Shown: positions 18,950 to 27,870, counted from the stretch's first letter. The stretch is 64,000 nt of DNA from Candidatus Aminicenantes bacterium (GCA_963725825.1 CAVSAI010000029.1:195765-259764); one strand, 5' to 3'. The notes: generated by a model from the letters alone, not told the origin. Numbers and translations are program-made.

Positions 18950-19033
18950 CCGCCGTGCCGCATCGCAGGCCGCCTCTTGCGGCCAGGCCCGCGGCTATGA
19001 GAGAATCACGCTGACGGACGCCGAGGAGGATCC

Positions 19034-19969
19034 ATGAAGCGAACGATCGGACGACGCGAGTTCTTCAAGACGGGCGCCGGAGCCGGGCTGGCCCTGGCGA
19101 TGGGTAAGGTCCTGGAGGCGGCTTCGGCCGGCGCCGCCAGAGCCAAGGTCCCCACCGTCGGTGTCGGCATCGGCGAAGACTACGGCAAGGCCGCGGTCCT
19201 GGCCGTGGGGCTTGCCGGCGGCATCAAGCAGTTCGTGCCGAAGGGCGCGAAGGTGGCCCTTCTTCCGAACGTCCAGAGCCGCCACCCCGGCTCTTTCACG
19301 AAGCCCGAGATCGTGCGGGCCGTCATCCGCCTGTGCCGAAAGGCCGGGGCCTCCGAGATCAACTGCCTGAGCTGGCAGACGCTCAAGCAATGGGAGGACA
19401 CCGGGCTCAAAGCCGTCCTCGACGCCGAGGGCGCCGGGCTCAAGATCTTCGAAAAGGACGAGTCGCTCTTCAAGCCCGTTCCGGTACCCGGCGGCGTCGT
19501 CCTCAAAGAGGCGCGGGTCCTGGCCGCCTTCTTCGACCACGACCTGCTCATCAACATGCCCATCACCAAGGACCACGCGGGCAACAAGTTCACGGGGACG
19601 ATGAAGAATCTCATGGGGCTGAACTCGCCCGGGAGCAACCGGACATTCCACCGGCCCAACTGGAAGACGGACCCGGACGATGTCGCCCACCTCGACCAGT
19701 CGATCGTCGACCTGAACAAGGCGGTCCGGCCGGCGCTCAACGTCGTCGACGCCACGGAGTTCATCGTCAGCAACGGCCCCTTCGGGCCCGGCCAGCTCGC
19801 CCGGCCCCAACGCGTGGTGGCCGGCACGGATCGCGTCGCCGTCGACGCCTATTGCGCCTCGCTCTGGGCTTTGAAGCCCGAGGACATCGTCCAGATCAAG
19901 CGCGGCGCGGAGCAGGGGTTGGGCGAGATCAATCCGGACAAGGTCAACCTCAAGGAAGAGAACATCTAG
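19034..19969 (+). CDS. Tat-exported DUF362-domain protein
   Basis: The RREFFKTGAGAGLALAMG twin-arginine signal is followed by a DUF362-like core (VALLPNV..., NMPITKDH, VVDATEFI). Confidence 0.55.
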   Translation: MKRTIGRREFFKTGAGAGLALAMGKVLEAASAGAARAKVPTVGVGIGEDYGKAAVLAVGLAGGIKQFVPKGAKVALLPNVQSRHPGSFTKPEIVRAVIRLCRKAGASEINCLSWQTLKQWEDTGLKAVLDAEGAGLKIFEKDESLFKPVPVPGGVVLKEARVLAAFFDHDLLINMPITKDHAGNKFTGTMKNLMGLNSPGSNRTFHRPNWKTDPDDVAHLDQSIVDLNKAVRPALNVVDATEFIVSNGPFGPGQLARPQRVVAGTDRVAVDAYCASLWALKPEDIVQIKRGAEQGLGEINPDKVNLKEENI

Positions 19970-20003
19970 GCGGCTCCGGACGCGGGACGGGAAGGTCGGT
20001 CAT

Positions 20004-20921
20004 ATGGCAAAAACCCGGCGTTGGCACGCCGCACTGGCCCTGACGGGCCTTTTCCTGGCCGGCGCCTGGGCGGCCCCGGATCGTGCCGCCCAAGACACTC
20101 TTTCGGCCTATCTCCCGGCCGACGGCGCCGCACCGGGGTGGACAAGGGACGGCGACCCGCAGGAATTCGTCGGCGACGACCTCTACACCTACATCGACGG
20201 CGGGGCCGAGATCTATCAGGAGTACGGCTTCCGCCGGGTCGTCCTACAGGACTACAAGAACGCTGCGGGGAGATCGGTCTCGCTCGAGATCTTCGAGATG
20301 GCGACTCCGGCGGCCGCGTACGGCATCTTCACGTTCAAGCGGTCCGGCAAGGGGAAGCTCGCCCCCCTCGGCTCGGGGGGCGAGCTCGAGGACTATTACC
20401 TGAATTTCTGGAAGGGACGGTTCCTGGTGACGCTGACGGGCTTCGACGAAACCCCGGCGACGATCGACGGGCTTATGGCCGTCGCCGGCGCGGTCGACGC
20501 GAAGATCACGGACAAGGCCGGGCCTCCCGACCTTGTCGCGGCTCTCCCGGAACGGGGGTTACGGCCAGGAAGCGTCAAGTATCTCAAAGGCGTGCTCGGG
20601 CTCAACAATATCTACCCCTTCGGCACGGCCCGCGGCCTCGATTTTGCCGCGGCCGTCAAGGGGGACTACGAAGGCGGATCGACCCTGATCGTCATGGATT
20701 ACGATTCGACCGAGGCCCGAGACAAGGCCTGGGCCGACCTGAGGGCCTATCTCGAAAGCACGGACAGGTTCAAACGGTCGGGCGCGGCGCAAGCGGCCGT
20801 GCCTCTTTTCCAGGACGGGAAAGGCCTCTATGTCGCCTTCACGCTTTCGGGGCAGCGCCTCTTCGTCGGCATCAGCCCCAACCCGTCCGCCGCTCTCGCC
20901 ATAGTTGGGCAGTCCCGCTGA
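20004..20921 (+). CDS. Secreted hypothetical protein
   Basis: Signal peptide (LALTGLFLAGAWAAP). No family recognised with confidence. The last 16 codons plus the stop lie inside the tandem duplication at 20873..20981. Confidence 0.5.
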   Translation: MAKTRRWHAALALTGLFLAGAWAAPDRAAQDTLSAYLPADGAAPGWTRDGDPQEFVGDDLYTYIDGGAEIYQEYGFRRVVLQDYKNAAGRSVSLEIFEMATPAAAYGIFTFKRSGKGKLAPLGSGGELEDYYLNFWKGRFLVTLTGFDETPATIDGLMAVAGAVDAKITDKAGPPDLVAALPERGLRPGSVKYLKGVLGLNNIYPFGTARGLDFAAAVKGDYEGGSTLIVMDYDSTEARDKAWADLRAYLESTDRFKRSGAAQAAVPLFQDGKGLYVAFTLSGQRLFVGISPNPSAALAIVGQSR

Positions 20922-20981
20922 GCGGGGCAGCCCCAACCCGTCCGCCGCTCTCGCCATAGTTGGGCAGTCCCGCTGAGCGGG
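20873..20981 (+). repeat. Perfect tandem direct duplication (2 x 54 bp, period 55)
   Basis: cagccccaacccgtccgccgctctcgccatagttgggcagtcccgctgagcggg occurs at 20873..20926 and again at 20928..20981. The first copy holds the last 16 codons and the TGA of CDS 20004..20921. Confidence 0.95.
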
Positions 20982-20995
20982 TCCGCCGCGTCCCG

Positions 20996-21646
20996 TCAAA
21001 AAATCTGCTTGACGATGTCGACAAGGCCCAGGGCGTACTCGACCTCGGTCAGGGGGATCTTCTTGGCCGCGGCGAGCTTGGTGAAGCGCCCGTCCTTGTT
21101 GCTGTCCTTTGTCACGACGAGGTAATCCGCGAAGGGGGCCACGGCGTCGATCATCCGCTCGTTGTCGCTCCCGGCCGGGCCTCGCTTCGATTCGCCGCCG
21201 ATGTGGACGGCCATGATGAAGATCTTCTTCTGCCGGCAGAGCTCGATGACCTTCTTCAGCCGGGCCTCTTCGCTGTCGAGGGTCAGCCCCGATGCGCCCA
21301 TGCCCTTGAGGCTCGCGCCGATGGCGAAGACGACGGCCTTGTAGGGGGTGCCGGCCGGGTACTTGGCCTGGTCGGTCGTGCTCTCGACGTGGAAGCCCGG
21401 GCCGGACTCGCGCCCCCCCAGCCCCACGCCATCGGCCACCATCTCCGCGGTGGGCACGTCGCAGTAATCGTAGGGGATGCCCGCCTCGTCGAGGACGATG
21501 TTGAGCGTGGTGACGTCCGTGCTCTGCCCGGCCGAAGTGGTCAGGACGGGCAATCCGACTTTCGGGAGGGCCTGTTGACCGGCCATGAGGAAGGCCAGTC
21601 CGGCAACCGCGGAAACGGCGAGCCCCAGGAGGATTCTCTTGTTCAT
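20996..21646 (-). CDS. Membrane-anchored/periplasmic alpha-beta protein of unknown function (last gene of the peptidase operon)
   Basis: 216 aa with an N-terminal hydrophobic anchor. The start is 12 nt after the C69 stop. The alternating beta-alpha pattern suggests a Rossmann/flavodoxin-like fold. Confidence 0.5.
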   Translation of the reverse strand: MNKRILLGLAVSAVAGLAFLMAGQQALPKVGLPVLTTSAGQSTDVTTLNIVLDEAGIPYDYCDVPTAEMVADGVGLGGRESGPGFHVESTTDQAKYPAGTPYKAVVFAIGASLKGMGASGLTLDSEEARLKKVIELCRQKKIFIMAVHIGGESKRGPAGSDNERMIDAVAPFADYLVVTKDSNKDGRFTKLAAAKKIPLTEVEYALGLVDIVKQIF

Positions 21647-21658
21647 GACGCGTCTCCT

Positions 21659-23383
21659 TTACTTCTTGTCCGGCTCCATGAGGATGTCGAAGGCCCGGGC
21701 GGCCTTCTTCCACCAGTCGGGAGTGGCCGGCTGGCCGCGGGAAAAGCCGCGCTTCTCGGCGTTGTAAAGGTAGAGCCGGTTGTATTTGACGAGCAGGTCG
21801 TCGCCGAGCTTCCACCAGGCGTTGGTGACCGTGGTGGCGTTGTTGATGGCGAACCCGGTCAGGAAATCGGCCGCCTTGGCCGGCTTGGTCTTGTAGAGGG
21901 CGAGGGCCTGCTGGTCGATCTCGGAGATGCGATTGACCAGCTCGCGCTCATATTTCGACTGGGCCGCCTGGACGTCCTTGATGGCCTCGGAATAGGCGAC
22001 CTGGACGTGGAAATCCGTGTAATCGAAGGCCCAGCGGACCGAGTCGCGGGTGAAGGTCCAGTGGTCGCCGACCATGAACGACTTTGGGATCTCGGTCATG
22101 CCGGCGTAGAGCGGCATGTAGCACGAGGTGTCCTGCGAGCCGAAGGCGATCCAGGTGATGCCGCCGATGGTGTCGGGCAGTCCCGCCCGGCTCTGCGTCA
22201 CGGTGGAGTATTCGGCCAGGCCATGGTCGATGACGCGGGTTTGGCGGTAGTAGTTGGGGTTCTTGAAGGGACCGCCGCGGATGCCTTGGACAGGGTCGAA
22301 CGGGGTGCCGTAGCTGCGGTCCCGGGTCATGTCCATGACCTCCTGGACCGAGACCTTCTTGTCAGGCTTGACGGAGAAGGGGAAATCCATATTGGGCGTG
22401 TCGGCCTTGAACTTCTTCGACGGGGCGACAAGGTCGAAGAAGCGCCAGAGGCGCTGGATGCGGCCGTTCGTGCTCAGGGCGCTGCCCTCGACGGGGGAGT
22501 AGGCCCGCTTGAAGCTGAAGGGCTTGCCGCTCTTGGGGTCGTAGTAGCCCATCTCGACGGCGAGCGACACGACGTTCGGCGAGGCCATGAAGAAATCCTT
22601 GTTGGCGAGGTCGATCTCGCCGATCCGCGACTCGTTCGGGCAGACGCTGACCTCGTCGTCGGGGACGCGCTGGGCGGCCCAGACGGCGCCGGGCTTGCCG
22701 CTCTCGGGCGTCCACAGCGGGCCAACGGGCATGATCTCGAAGATCCAGGCCTCTTTCGCGTCCGCGACGGCCAGCATCTCGCCGTCGTCGTGGAAGCCGT
22801 AGCCGTATTTCTCGGCGAGGGAGCCCATGATCTGGATGGCCTCGCGGGCCGTGGCCGCCCGCTCGATGCCGAGCAGGGTGAGCATGCTCAGGTCGAGCTT
22901 GGCCGCCGGGGTCGGGTTCTGCATCTTGCGCTGGCAGCCGATCGTCGACTCGCCCAGCGAGACCTGCTTTTCGTTCATATAGCCGAACATGCCGTGATGA
23001 TAGGCATAGGTGTGGGCGACCTGGGGGATCTCGAGGCCGGCGAAATCCTTCTTATAGACGTCCCACTTTAGCCCTTCCGACGGAGGCCAGGTCTTGTACT
23101 GGGAGATATGGTAGATCTTCCGGGTCGAACCGGGCTTATAGTCGGCCGCCGGGACGTGCCGCCAAGTCCAGTCGCATGTGCCGCAGTCGCAGGTGTGCGT
23201 GGTCATGACCGAGCCGTCGGTCGACGCGTCCTTGCCGACGAGGATCGAGGTACAGCCTTCGCCGGCGATGACGGCATCGGACCCGGCGGGGGCGGACTGG
23301 CCGACGGCCGTCGCCACATGGCCGGCCAAGAGGACGGCCATGACAAGGGCCAGGCCGAAGGGGATGAGGCGTTTGAGATTCAT
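21659..23383 (-). CDS. Secreted C69-family (Ntn cysteine) dipeptidase, paralog 2
   Basis: A signal peptide is followed by GEGCTSILVGKDASTDGSVM, the Ntn Cys context of C69. It aligns by eye along its full length with the upstream paralog. Confidence 0.75.
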   Translation of the reverse strand: MNLKRLIPFGLALVMAVLLAGHVATAVGQSAPAGSDAVIAGEGCTSILVGKDASTDGSVMTTHTCDCGTCDWTWRHVPAADYKPGSTRKIYHISQYKTWPPSEGLKWDVYKKDFAGLEIPQVAHTYAYHHGMFGYMNEKQVSLGESTIGCQRKMQNPTPAAKLDLSMLTLLGIERAATAREAIQIMGSLAEKYGYGFHDDGEMLAVADAKEAWIFEIMPVGPLWTPESGKPGAVWAAQRVPDDEVSVCPNESRIGEIDLANKDFFMASPNVVSLAVEMGYYDPKSGKPFSFKRAYSPVEGSALSTNGRIQRLWRFFDLVAPSKKFKADTPNMDFPFSVKPDKKVSVQEVMDMTRDRSYGTPFDPVQGIRGGPFKNPNYYRQTRVIDHGLAEYSTVTQSRAGLPDTIGGITWIAFGSQDTSCYMPLYAGMTEIPKSFMVGDHWTFTRDSVRWAFDYTDFHVQVAYSEAIKDVQAAQSKYERELVNRISEIDQQALALYKTKPAKAADFLTGFAINNATTVTNAWWKLGDDLLVKYNRLYLYNAEKRGFSRGQPATPDWWKKAARAFDILMEPDKK

Positions 23384-23414
23384 GGGCAGCTCCTTCTTTA
23401 TAGGGGTCCGTTGA

Positions 23415-25136
23415 TCATTTCTCGGGTTCGCTCAGGACATCGAAGGCCCTGACGGCCTTGTTCCACCACTCCGGGTTGGCCGTGGGGATGCGGCCGCCGC
23501 GGCGCTTCTCGGCGTCGTAGAGGCCGAGGTGGTTGTATTTCACCCACAGGTCGTCGCCGAGCTTCCACCAGGCGTCGACGACGTTCTGGGCGTTATTGAG
23601 GCTGAAGCCGGTGATGTACTTGACCGCCTCCCCGGGGTTCTTCTTGTAGAGGTCGCCGGCGCGGGCGTCGACCTCGGCGATCCGCTCGAGGGCCCCGTCC
23701 TCCCACTTCTTCCTGGCGGCTTTGACGTCCTCGATGGCCGCGTTGTAGGCCACCTGCGTGTGGAAGTCGACGTAATCGAAGGCCCAGCGGGCCGAGCCTC
23801 GGTCGAGGACGAAATGGTCGCCGGCCCCGAACGACTTGGGGATGTCGGTCGCCCCGGCATAGAAGGGGACATAGCAAGACGTGTCCTGGGCGCCCAGGGC
23901 GACCCAGACGATGCCGCCGACCGGGTCGGGGAGCCACGAGCGGCACTGGGTCAGGGTCGTGTATTCGACGTTGGAGACGCTGATGAGCCGTGTCCCCCGG
24001 TAATAATTGGGGTTCTTGAAGGGGCCGCCGCGCAGGCCCCGGACCGGATCGAAGAGCGTGCCCTCCGACTTGTCCCGGGTCAGGGCCATGACGTCCCTGG
24101 CCGAGAGCTTGGCGTCCGGCTTGACCGAGAAGGGGAAGTCCATGTTGGGCGTCTCGGCCTTGAATTTTCTGGACGGGGCGACGAGGTCGAAAAAGCGCCA
24201 GGTGCGCGAGCGGCGGCCGCCCGTGCTATCGGCGCTCCCTTCGGTCGGGGAATAGGCCTTCTTCCAGCTGAAGGGCTTGCCGCTCCGCGGATCGTAGAGG
24301 CCCGCCTCGACGGCGAAGGACTCGGCATGGGCCGAGGACATGAAATAGTCCGGGTTGCCGAGGTCCATCTCGCCGATGACAGATTCGTTCGTGCACACGG
24401 CGACCTGGTCGTCCGGGACGCGCTGGGCCGCCCAGACCGCTCCCGGCTTGCCGCTCTTGGGCGTCCAGAGCGGCCCGACCGGCATGATCTCGAAGACCCA
24501 GATCTCCTTGGGGTCGGAGACGGCCAGCATCTCGCCGCCGTCGTGATAGCCATAGCCGTATTCCTCGGCCAGCGAACCCATGAGCTTGATGGCCTCACGG
24601 GCCGTCCGGCAGCGCTCCATGGCCAGGAGGGTCAGCTGGGTGATGTTCGTTGCCGGGGTCGGGGTCGGGTTGCTGAGCTTGCGCACGTTGCCGATGGTCG
24701 ATTCGGCGATGGCCAACTGCTGGTCGTTCATATAGCCGAAGACGGCGTGATGGTAGCCGTAGGTGTGGGGCGCCTCGGGGATCTCGACGCCGGTCGGGTC
24801 TTTGAGGACCATGGCCCACTTGCCCCCCTCGGCGGGGGGCCAGGTGCGGATCTGGTCGATATTGTAGAGACGCCGCTTTTCGGCCGGCTTGTGGTCGGCC
24901 GCGGGCACATGACGCCAGGTGAAGTCGCAGACGCCGCAGTCGGCCGCATGGGTGCTCATGACCGAGCCGTCGCTCGACGCCTCCCGGCCGACCATGATGA
25001 CGGTGCACGCCTCGGAGGCCGGAGCGAGCTCGGACGACGGGGCGGAAAGTCGGCTCGGACCGAGGCTCACGCCGCCGGCGAAGAGAAGGACGACGGCGAA
25101 GGCCATGGCCGCGATGATCGCGTTCTTCTTCAGCAT
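23415..25136 (-). CDS. Secreted C69-family (Ntn cysteine) dipeptidase, paralog 1
   Basis: A signal peptide is followed by SEACTVIMVGREASSDGSVM. By eye it is roughly two-thirds identical to paralog 2. Confidence 0.75.
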   Translation of the reverse strand: MLKKNAIIAAMAFAVVLLFAGGVSLGPSRLSAPSSELAPASEACTVIMVGREASSDGSVMSTHAADCGVCDFTWRHVPAADHKPAEKRRLYNIDQIRTWPPAEGGKWAMVLKDPTGVEIPEAPHTYGYHHAVFGYMNDQQLAIAESTIGNVRKLSNPTPTPATNITQLTLLAMERCRTAREAIKLMGSLAEEYGYGYHDGGEMLAVSDPKEIWVFEIMPVGPLWTPKSGKPGAVWAAQRVPDDQVAVCTNESVIGEMDLGNPDYFMSSAHAESFAVEAGLYDPRSGKPFSWKKAYSPTEGSADSTGGRRSRTWRFFDLVAPSRKFKAETPNMDFPFSVKPDAKLSARDVMALTRDKSEGTLFDPVRGLRGGPFKNPNYYRGTRLISVSNVEYTTLTQCRSWLPDPVGGIVWVALGAQDTSCYVPFYAGATDIPKSFGAGDHFVLDRGSARWAFDYVDFHTQVAYNAAIEDVKAARKKWEDGALERIAEVDARAGDLYKKNPGEAVKYITGFSLNNAQNVVDAWWKLGDDLWVKYNHLGLYDAEKRRGGRIPTANPEWWNKAVRAFDVLSEPEK

Positions 25137-25176
25137 TTCGACTACCTCCAGGGGCTCGACGCGGGGCCGGCCCCGC

Positions 25177-26340
25177 TCAATTCATGACCACCCCGCCCGC
25201 CGGCGCCTTGGACGGGTCGGCGAGATAACGCCCAACGCCGCTCTTGACGATCTCGGCGTATCGGGGGACGCCGCTGAGAGCGATGGGCCGGTCGGCGGCC
25301 TTTTTCGAGAACTGGCGGAAGATCTCCAGGGACACGGACACGTTCTGGCCGACCCTCTTTTCGAGGGGCCAGCCGCTCTCGTCGTAGGGAACGAAGAGCT
25401 TCTTTTTCTTCGACAGGCTGAGGAGAAAGGGGTCCTTGCCGTCGAGGAGGAGCTTGGTCGTCTTCGGTCCGGTCGGCTGGTCAAGGAAGGGGATGGGCGC
25501 CTCGATGAGAAAAGGCAGCGCCGGCCCGTGATCGCCGATCTCCCGGTGCGACAATCCGCGGAAGCCGGACGGCGACGGCTCGACATGGCTCTCGAAGCCC
25601 TCCTTGGCCTTGACGGTCAGGGAGGCCAAGGTGGCGATCTTGACGGAGCTTTCCGGAGCGACGATGCAGTTGGTCACCGGATACATCGTTTCGGCGCCGT
25701 GGATGTCGATGGCCACGTCGATCTTCTCGCGCCGCATGAGCTCCATGGCACCGAACGTCACTCTCTCCATGAGCGTTCCGCCGGCCCGCCCGGGCCAGGC
25801 ACGGTTGACGTTGCGGACATCCACGTAAGAGAGGAGCTGGCGGTCCGGGTAGTGGATGTAGACATCCGGGTCGGGCCACTGGTCGAGGGGCGAGGCGTCG
25901 CGGTTGCCGTAGCGGAAGCGGCGCTTGCCCCAGCCCGTATCGACGTCGAAGTAGAGAGGGTAGCCGTCGCCCGCCCTGGTGTTGCGGCTGCCGCTGTTGT
26001 TGAAGACGGGAATGACGTACAGGGTCCCTTTTTGGACGACGGCGTTCTCGATGAAGACGACCGCGGACAGCATGCCTTCGGGCTCGTTCGAATGCGAATC
26101 GCCCAGGAGCAGGGCCTTGCCGCCCGGCTCGCGGCCCTGGAGGACGTAGACGTTCGTATCGCCCCACGTGCCCTTGAGGCCGGGAGAGAATTCGCTCAGC
26201 CGGACGACGGCCGTGACGCCAGGGCCCTTGACGATGGGCATGTCATAGTGCCGATGACGGCGAAGGGGCAGGCCGCCCCAAAGGACGAGCCCGGCGAAGG
26301 CGACGGCCAGGGCCGTCTTGAGGAGTGCGTCTTTTTTCAA
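25177..26340 (-). CDS. AstE/AspA-like (M14-related) zinc deacylase/carboxypeptidase, membrane-anchored or secreted
   Basis: DSHSNEPEG (HxxE) and a later DIHGAE His match the succinylglutamate desuccinylase/aspartoacylase zinc-site pattern. N-terminal hydrophobic anchor present. Confidence 0.6.
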   Translation of the reverse strand: MKKDALLKTALAVAFAGLVLWGGLPLRRHRHYDMPIVKGPGVTAVVRLSEFSPGLKGTWGDTNVYVLQGREPGGKALLLGDSHSNEPEGMLSAVVFIENAVVQKGTLYVIPVFNNSGSRNTRAGDGYPLYFDVDTGWGKRRFRYGNRDASPLDQWPDPDVYIHYPDRQLLSYVDVRNVNRAWPGRAGGTLMERVTFGAMELMRREKIDVAIDIHGAETMYPVTNCIVAPESSVKIATLASLTVKAKEGFESHVEPSPSGFRGLSHREIGDHGPALPFLIEAPIPFLDQPTGPKTTKLLLDGKDPFLLSLSKKKKLFVPYDESGWPLEKRVGQNVSVSLEIFRQFSKKAADRPIALSGVPRYAEIVKSGVGRYLADPSKAPAGGVVMN

Positions 26341-26350
26341 GGGGCCTTGC

Positions 26351-26500
26351 TCACTTCCACCTGAGGAGCCTGAGGACGAGCGGGATCATGACCAGCAGAT
26401 ACAGGACGAGGTCGCCCCGGCGGCTTTTATCGCGCGCGAAATTCCAGCCGAGAAGCCCCAAAAGGAAGGCCGTGATGACGTAGTATGCGATCATGATCAT
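26351..26500 (-). CDS. Small two-helix membrane protein
   Basis: ATG at 26500 lies 8 nt after GAGGAG. The 49-aa product has two hydrophobic helices. It sits between the permease and the deacylase in the same operon. Confidence 0.35.
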   Translation of the reverse strand: MIMIAYYVITAFLLGLLGWNFARDKSRRGDLVLYLLVMIPLVLRLLRWK

Positions 26501-26520
26501 CGGCGCGTCTCCTCGGTACC

Positions 26521-27828
26521 CTACATGCTCCATCTGACCAGGAAAGCCAGCTTCGAGCTGAAGATGATCATGGCCATGGCCACCGCGGTGATGACCAGCC
26601 AGGGCAGCCAGGTGGCCTTGAGGAAATCCTTGTAGGAGCCTTCATAGCCGGAAACCATGTTGCTCAGCCGGCCGATCAGGGCCGTTGGAGGCAGTCCGTC
26701 GCCGAGCGGCCAGAGCAGGCTGAGCCCGGCGATGACGACCGTCGCATGGAAGCCGATCGAGTCCAGGAACCAGATCAGCGGTATGCCGATGATGGCCGCC
26801 CCGCCATAGGTCAGAATGCCTTCGGAGAAGGGGATGATGATCGGAAGAAGGAAGAACAGCAGCACGAGCGGGGTGGAGATGACGGCGAACGACAGCAGGC
26901 CGCGGACCCCGGTCGCCGTCATGATCTGCTGAAGCATGCCGACCGCGACCATGGTGGCCAGCAGGGGCAGGAGCCTTTTCGCCGTGTCCCTCGCCAGAGT
27001 GAGGAAGGCGATCCGCTTCGGGCTGAGCAGGAGCGCCACGGCGCCGGCCGCCGTAAAATCAAGGGACAGGCCGAAGATGGGGGTCGAGAAAGGCCAGACC
27101 CTGTAGGCGGCGACCATGCCGAAGAAGACGGCGAACGGGACGAGGACGCGCCACAAGGTCATGCCCGGCGTGGCGATCGGCAGGTCGGCGTCCTTGGACG
27201 CCTCCGCGAAGTCCTTTTTCCATCCCAGCGTGAGGACCGTGAACGTCCCCAGGATGAGGACCGGGATGCCCAGAGTGAACTCGAACCCGACGTAGGGGAT
27301 GGCCGTCCCGGCGCAGAGGATCATGGCCCAGATATTGACGGGCGGGGCCGCGGCGCTCAGGCCGGCGACGATGAAGAGGATGGCCGCCACCCTCTTCTTG
27401 GGCACGCCGAGCCGGCCGAGGGCCAGGGCCACCGGGGCCCCGACGACGAGGAGGGAGACGCTGCCCGCTCCGGTCAGCGCGCCCGGGATGAGGACGATGA
27501 TCATCAGGATGAGGAGGGCCAGGACGCGCTTTTTGCCGAACGCCCGGAGGGTCGCCCGGACGACATGATCGACTCCCCCGGATTCGTTGACGATGGTCAT
27601 GAACAGGGTCGCCGTGAAGAAGACGAGGATGACGTCGAGGTAGGTCATCGAGCCCTCGACGAGGTGACGCCCGAGTTCGCCGATCGCCGGAGTCTTGAGG
27701 AAGGCCCCGGCCAGCCCGCCGCCGGCGGCCGCGGCGAAGATGCCGATCTCGACCGGGAGCTTGGCCGCCTTGGCCGCGGCATACGCGGCCACCATGACCG
27801 CCAGTATCATCAGGATCTGTATCGTCAT
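26521..27828 (-). CDS. Ion-transporter-superfamily (DctM/GntP-like) secondary transporter permease
   Basis: 435 aa and highly hydrophobic (10 or more TM helices). The LIPGALTGAGSVSLLVVGAPVA...AAAPPVNIWAMI pattern resembles DctM-type large permeases. No DctP/TAXI binding protein is nearby. Confidence 0.55.
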   Translation of the reverse strand: MTIQILMILAVMVAAYAAAKAAKLPVEIGIFAAAAGGGLAGAFLKTPAIGELGRHLVEGSMTYLDVILVFFTATLFMTIVNESGGVDHVVRATLRAFGKKRVLALLILMIIVLIPGALTGAGSVSLLVVGAPVALALGRLGVPKKRVAAILFIVAGLSAAAPPVNIWAMILCAGTAIPYVGFEFTLGIPVLILGTFTVLTLGWKKDFAEASKDADLPIATPGMTLWRVLVPFAVFFGMVAAYRVWPFSTPIFGLSLDFTAAGAVALLLSPKRIAFLTLARDTAKRLLPLLATMVAVGMLQQIMTATGVRGLLSFAVISTPLVLLFFLLPIIIPFSEGILTYGGAAIIGIPLIWFLDSIGFHATVVIAGLSLLWPLGDGLPPTALIGRLSNMVSGYEGSYKDFLKATWLPWLVITAVAMAMIIFSSKLAFLVRWSM

Positions 27829-27840
27829 GCTCAGCCCTGC

Positions 27841-27870
27841 ATCTTACAGGAACTGCGGAGGCTCGGTCAA
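27841..27870 (-). promoter_or_regulatory. Sigma-70-type promoter (TTGACC-N18-TAAGAT) for the permease-deacylase-C69 operon
   Basis: On the minus strand, the -35 is at 27870..27865 and the -10 at 27846..27841. Only 12 nt separate the -10 from ATG 27828, and there is no SD. Confidence 0.5.

Noticed and set aside
18977-19001. TTGCGG ... TATGAG as a promoter for the DUF362 gene.
   Set aside because: The spacer is only 13 nt, which is outside the workable 15 to 19 nt range. The true promoter is not identified.
20873-20981. Direct repeats considered as a mini CRISPR array or att-site pair.
   Set aside because: There are only two copies, directly abutting with a single-base spacer, and one copy is coding. 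No cas gene, integrase gene or intervening element is present.
20960-25187. Two long plus-strand ORFs (703 aa and 552 aa) mirroring the two C69 genes, which might suggest overlapping genes.
   Set aside because: Both are antisense shadows of the paralogous C69 genes. Their mutual similarity simply reflects the sense-strand paralogy, and their composition is typical of non-coding frames (D/G/R/V/A-rich, no motifs).
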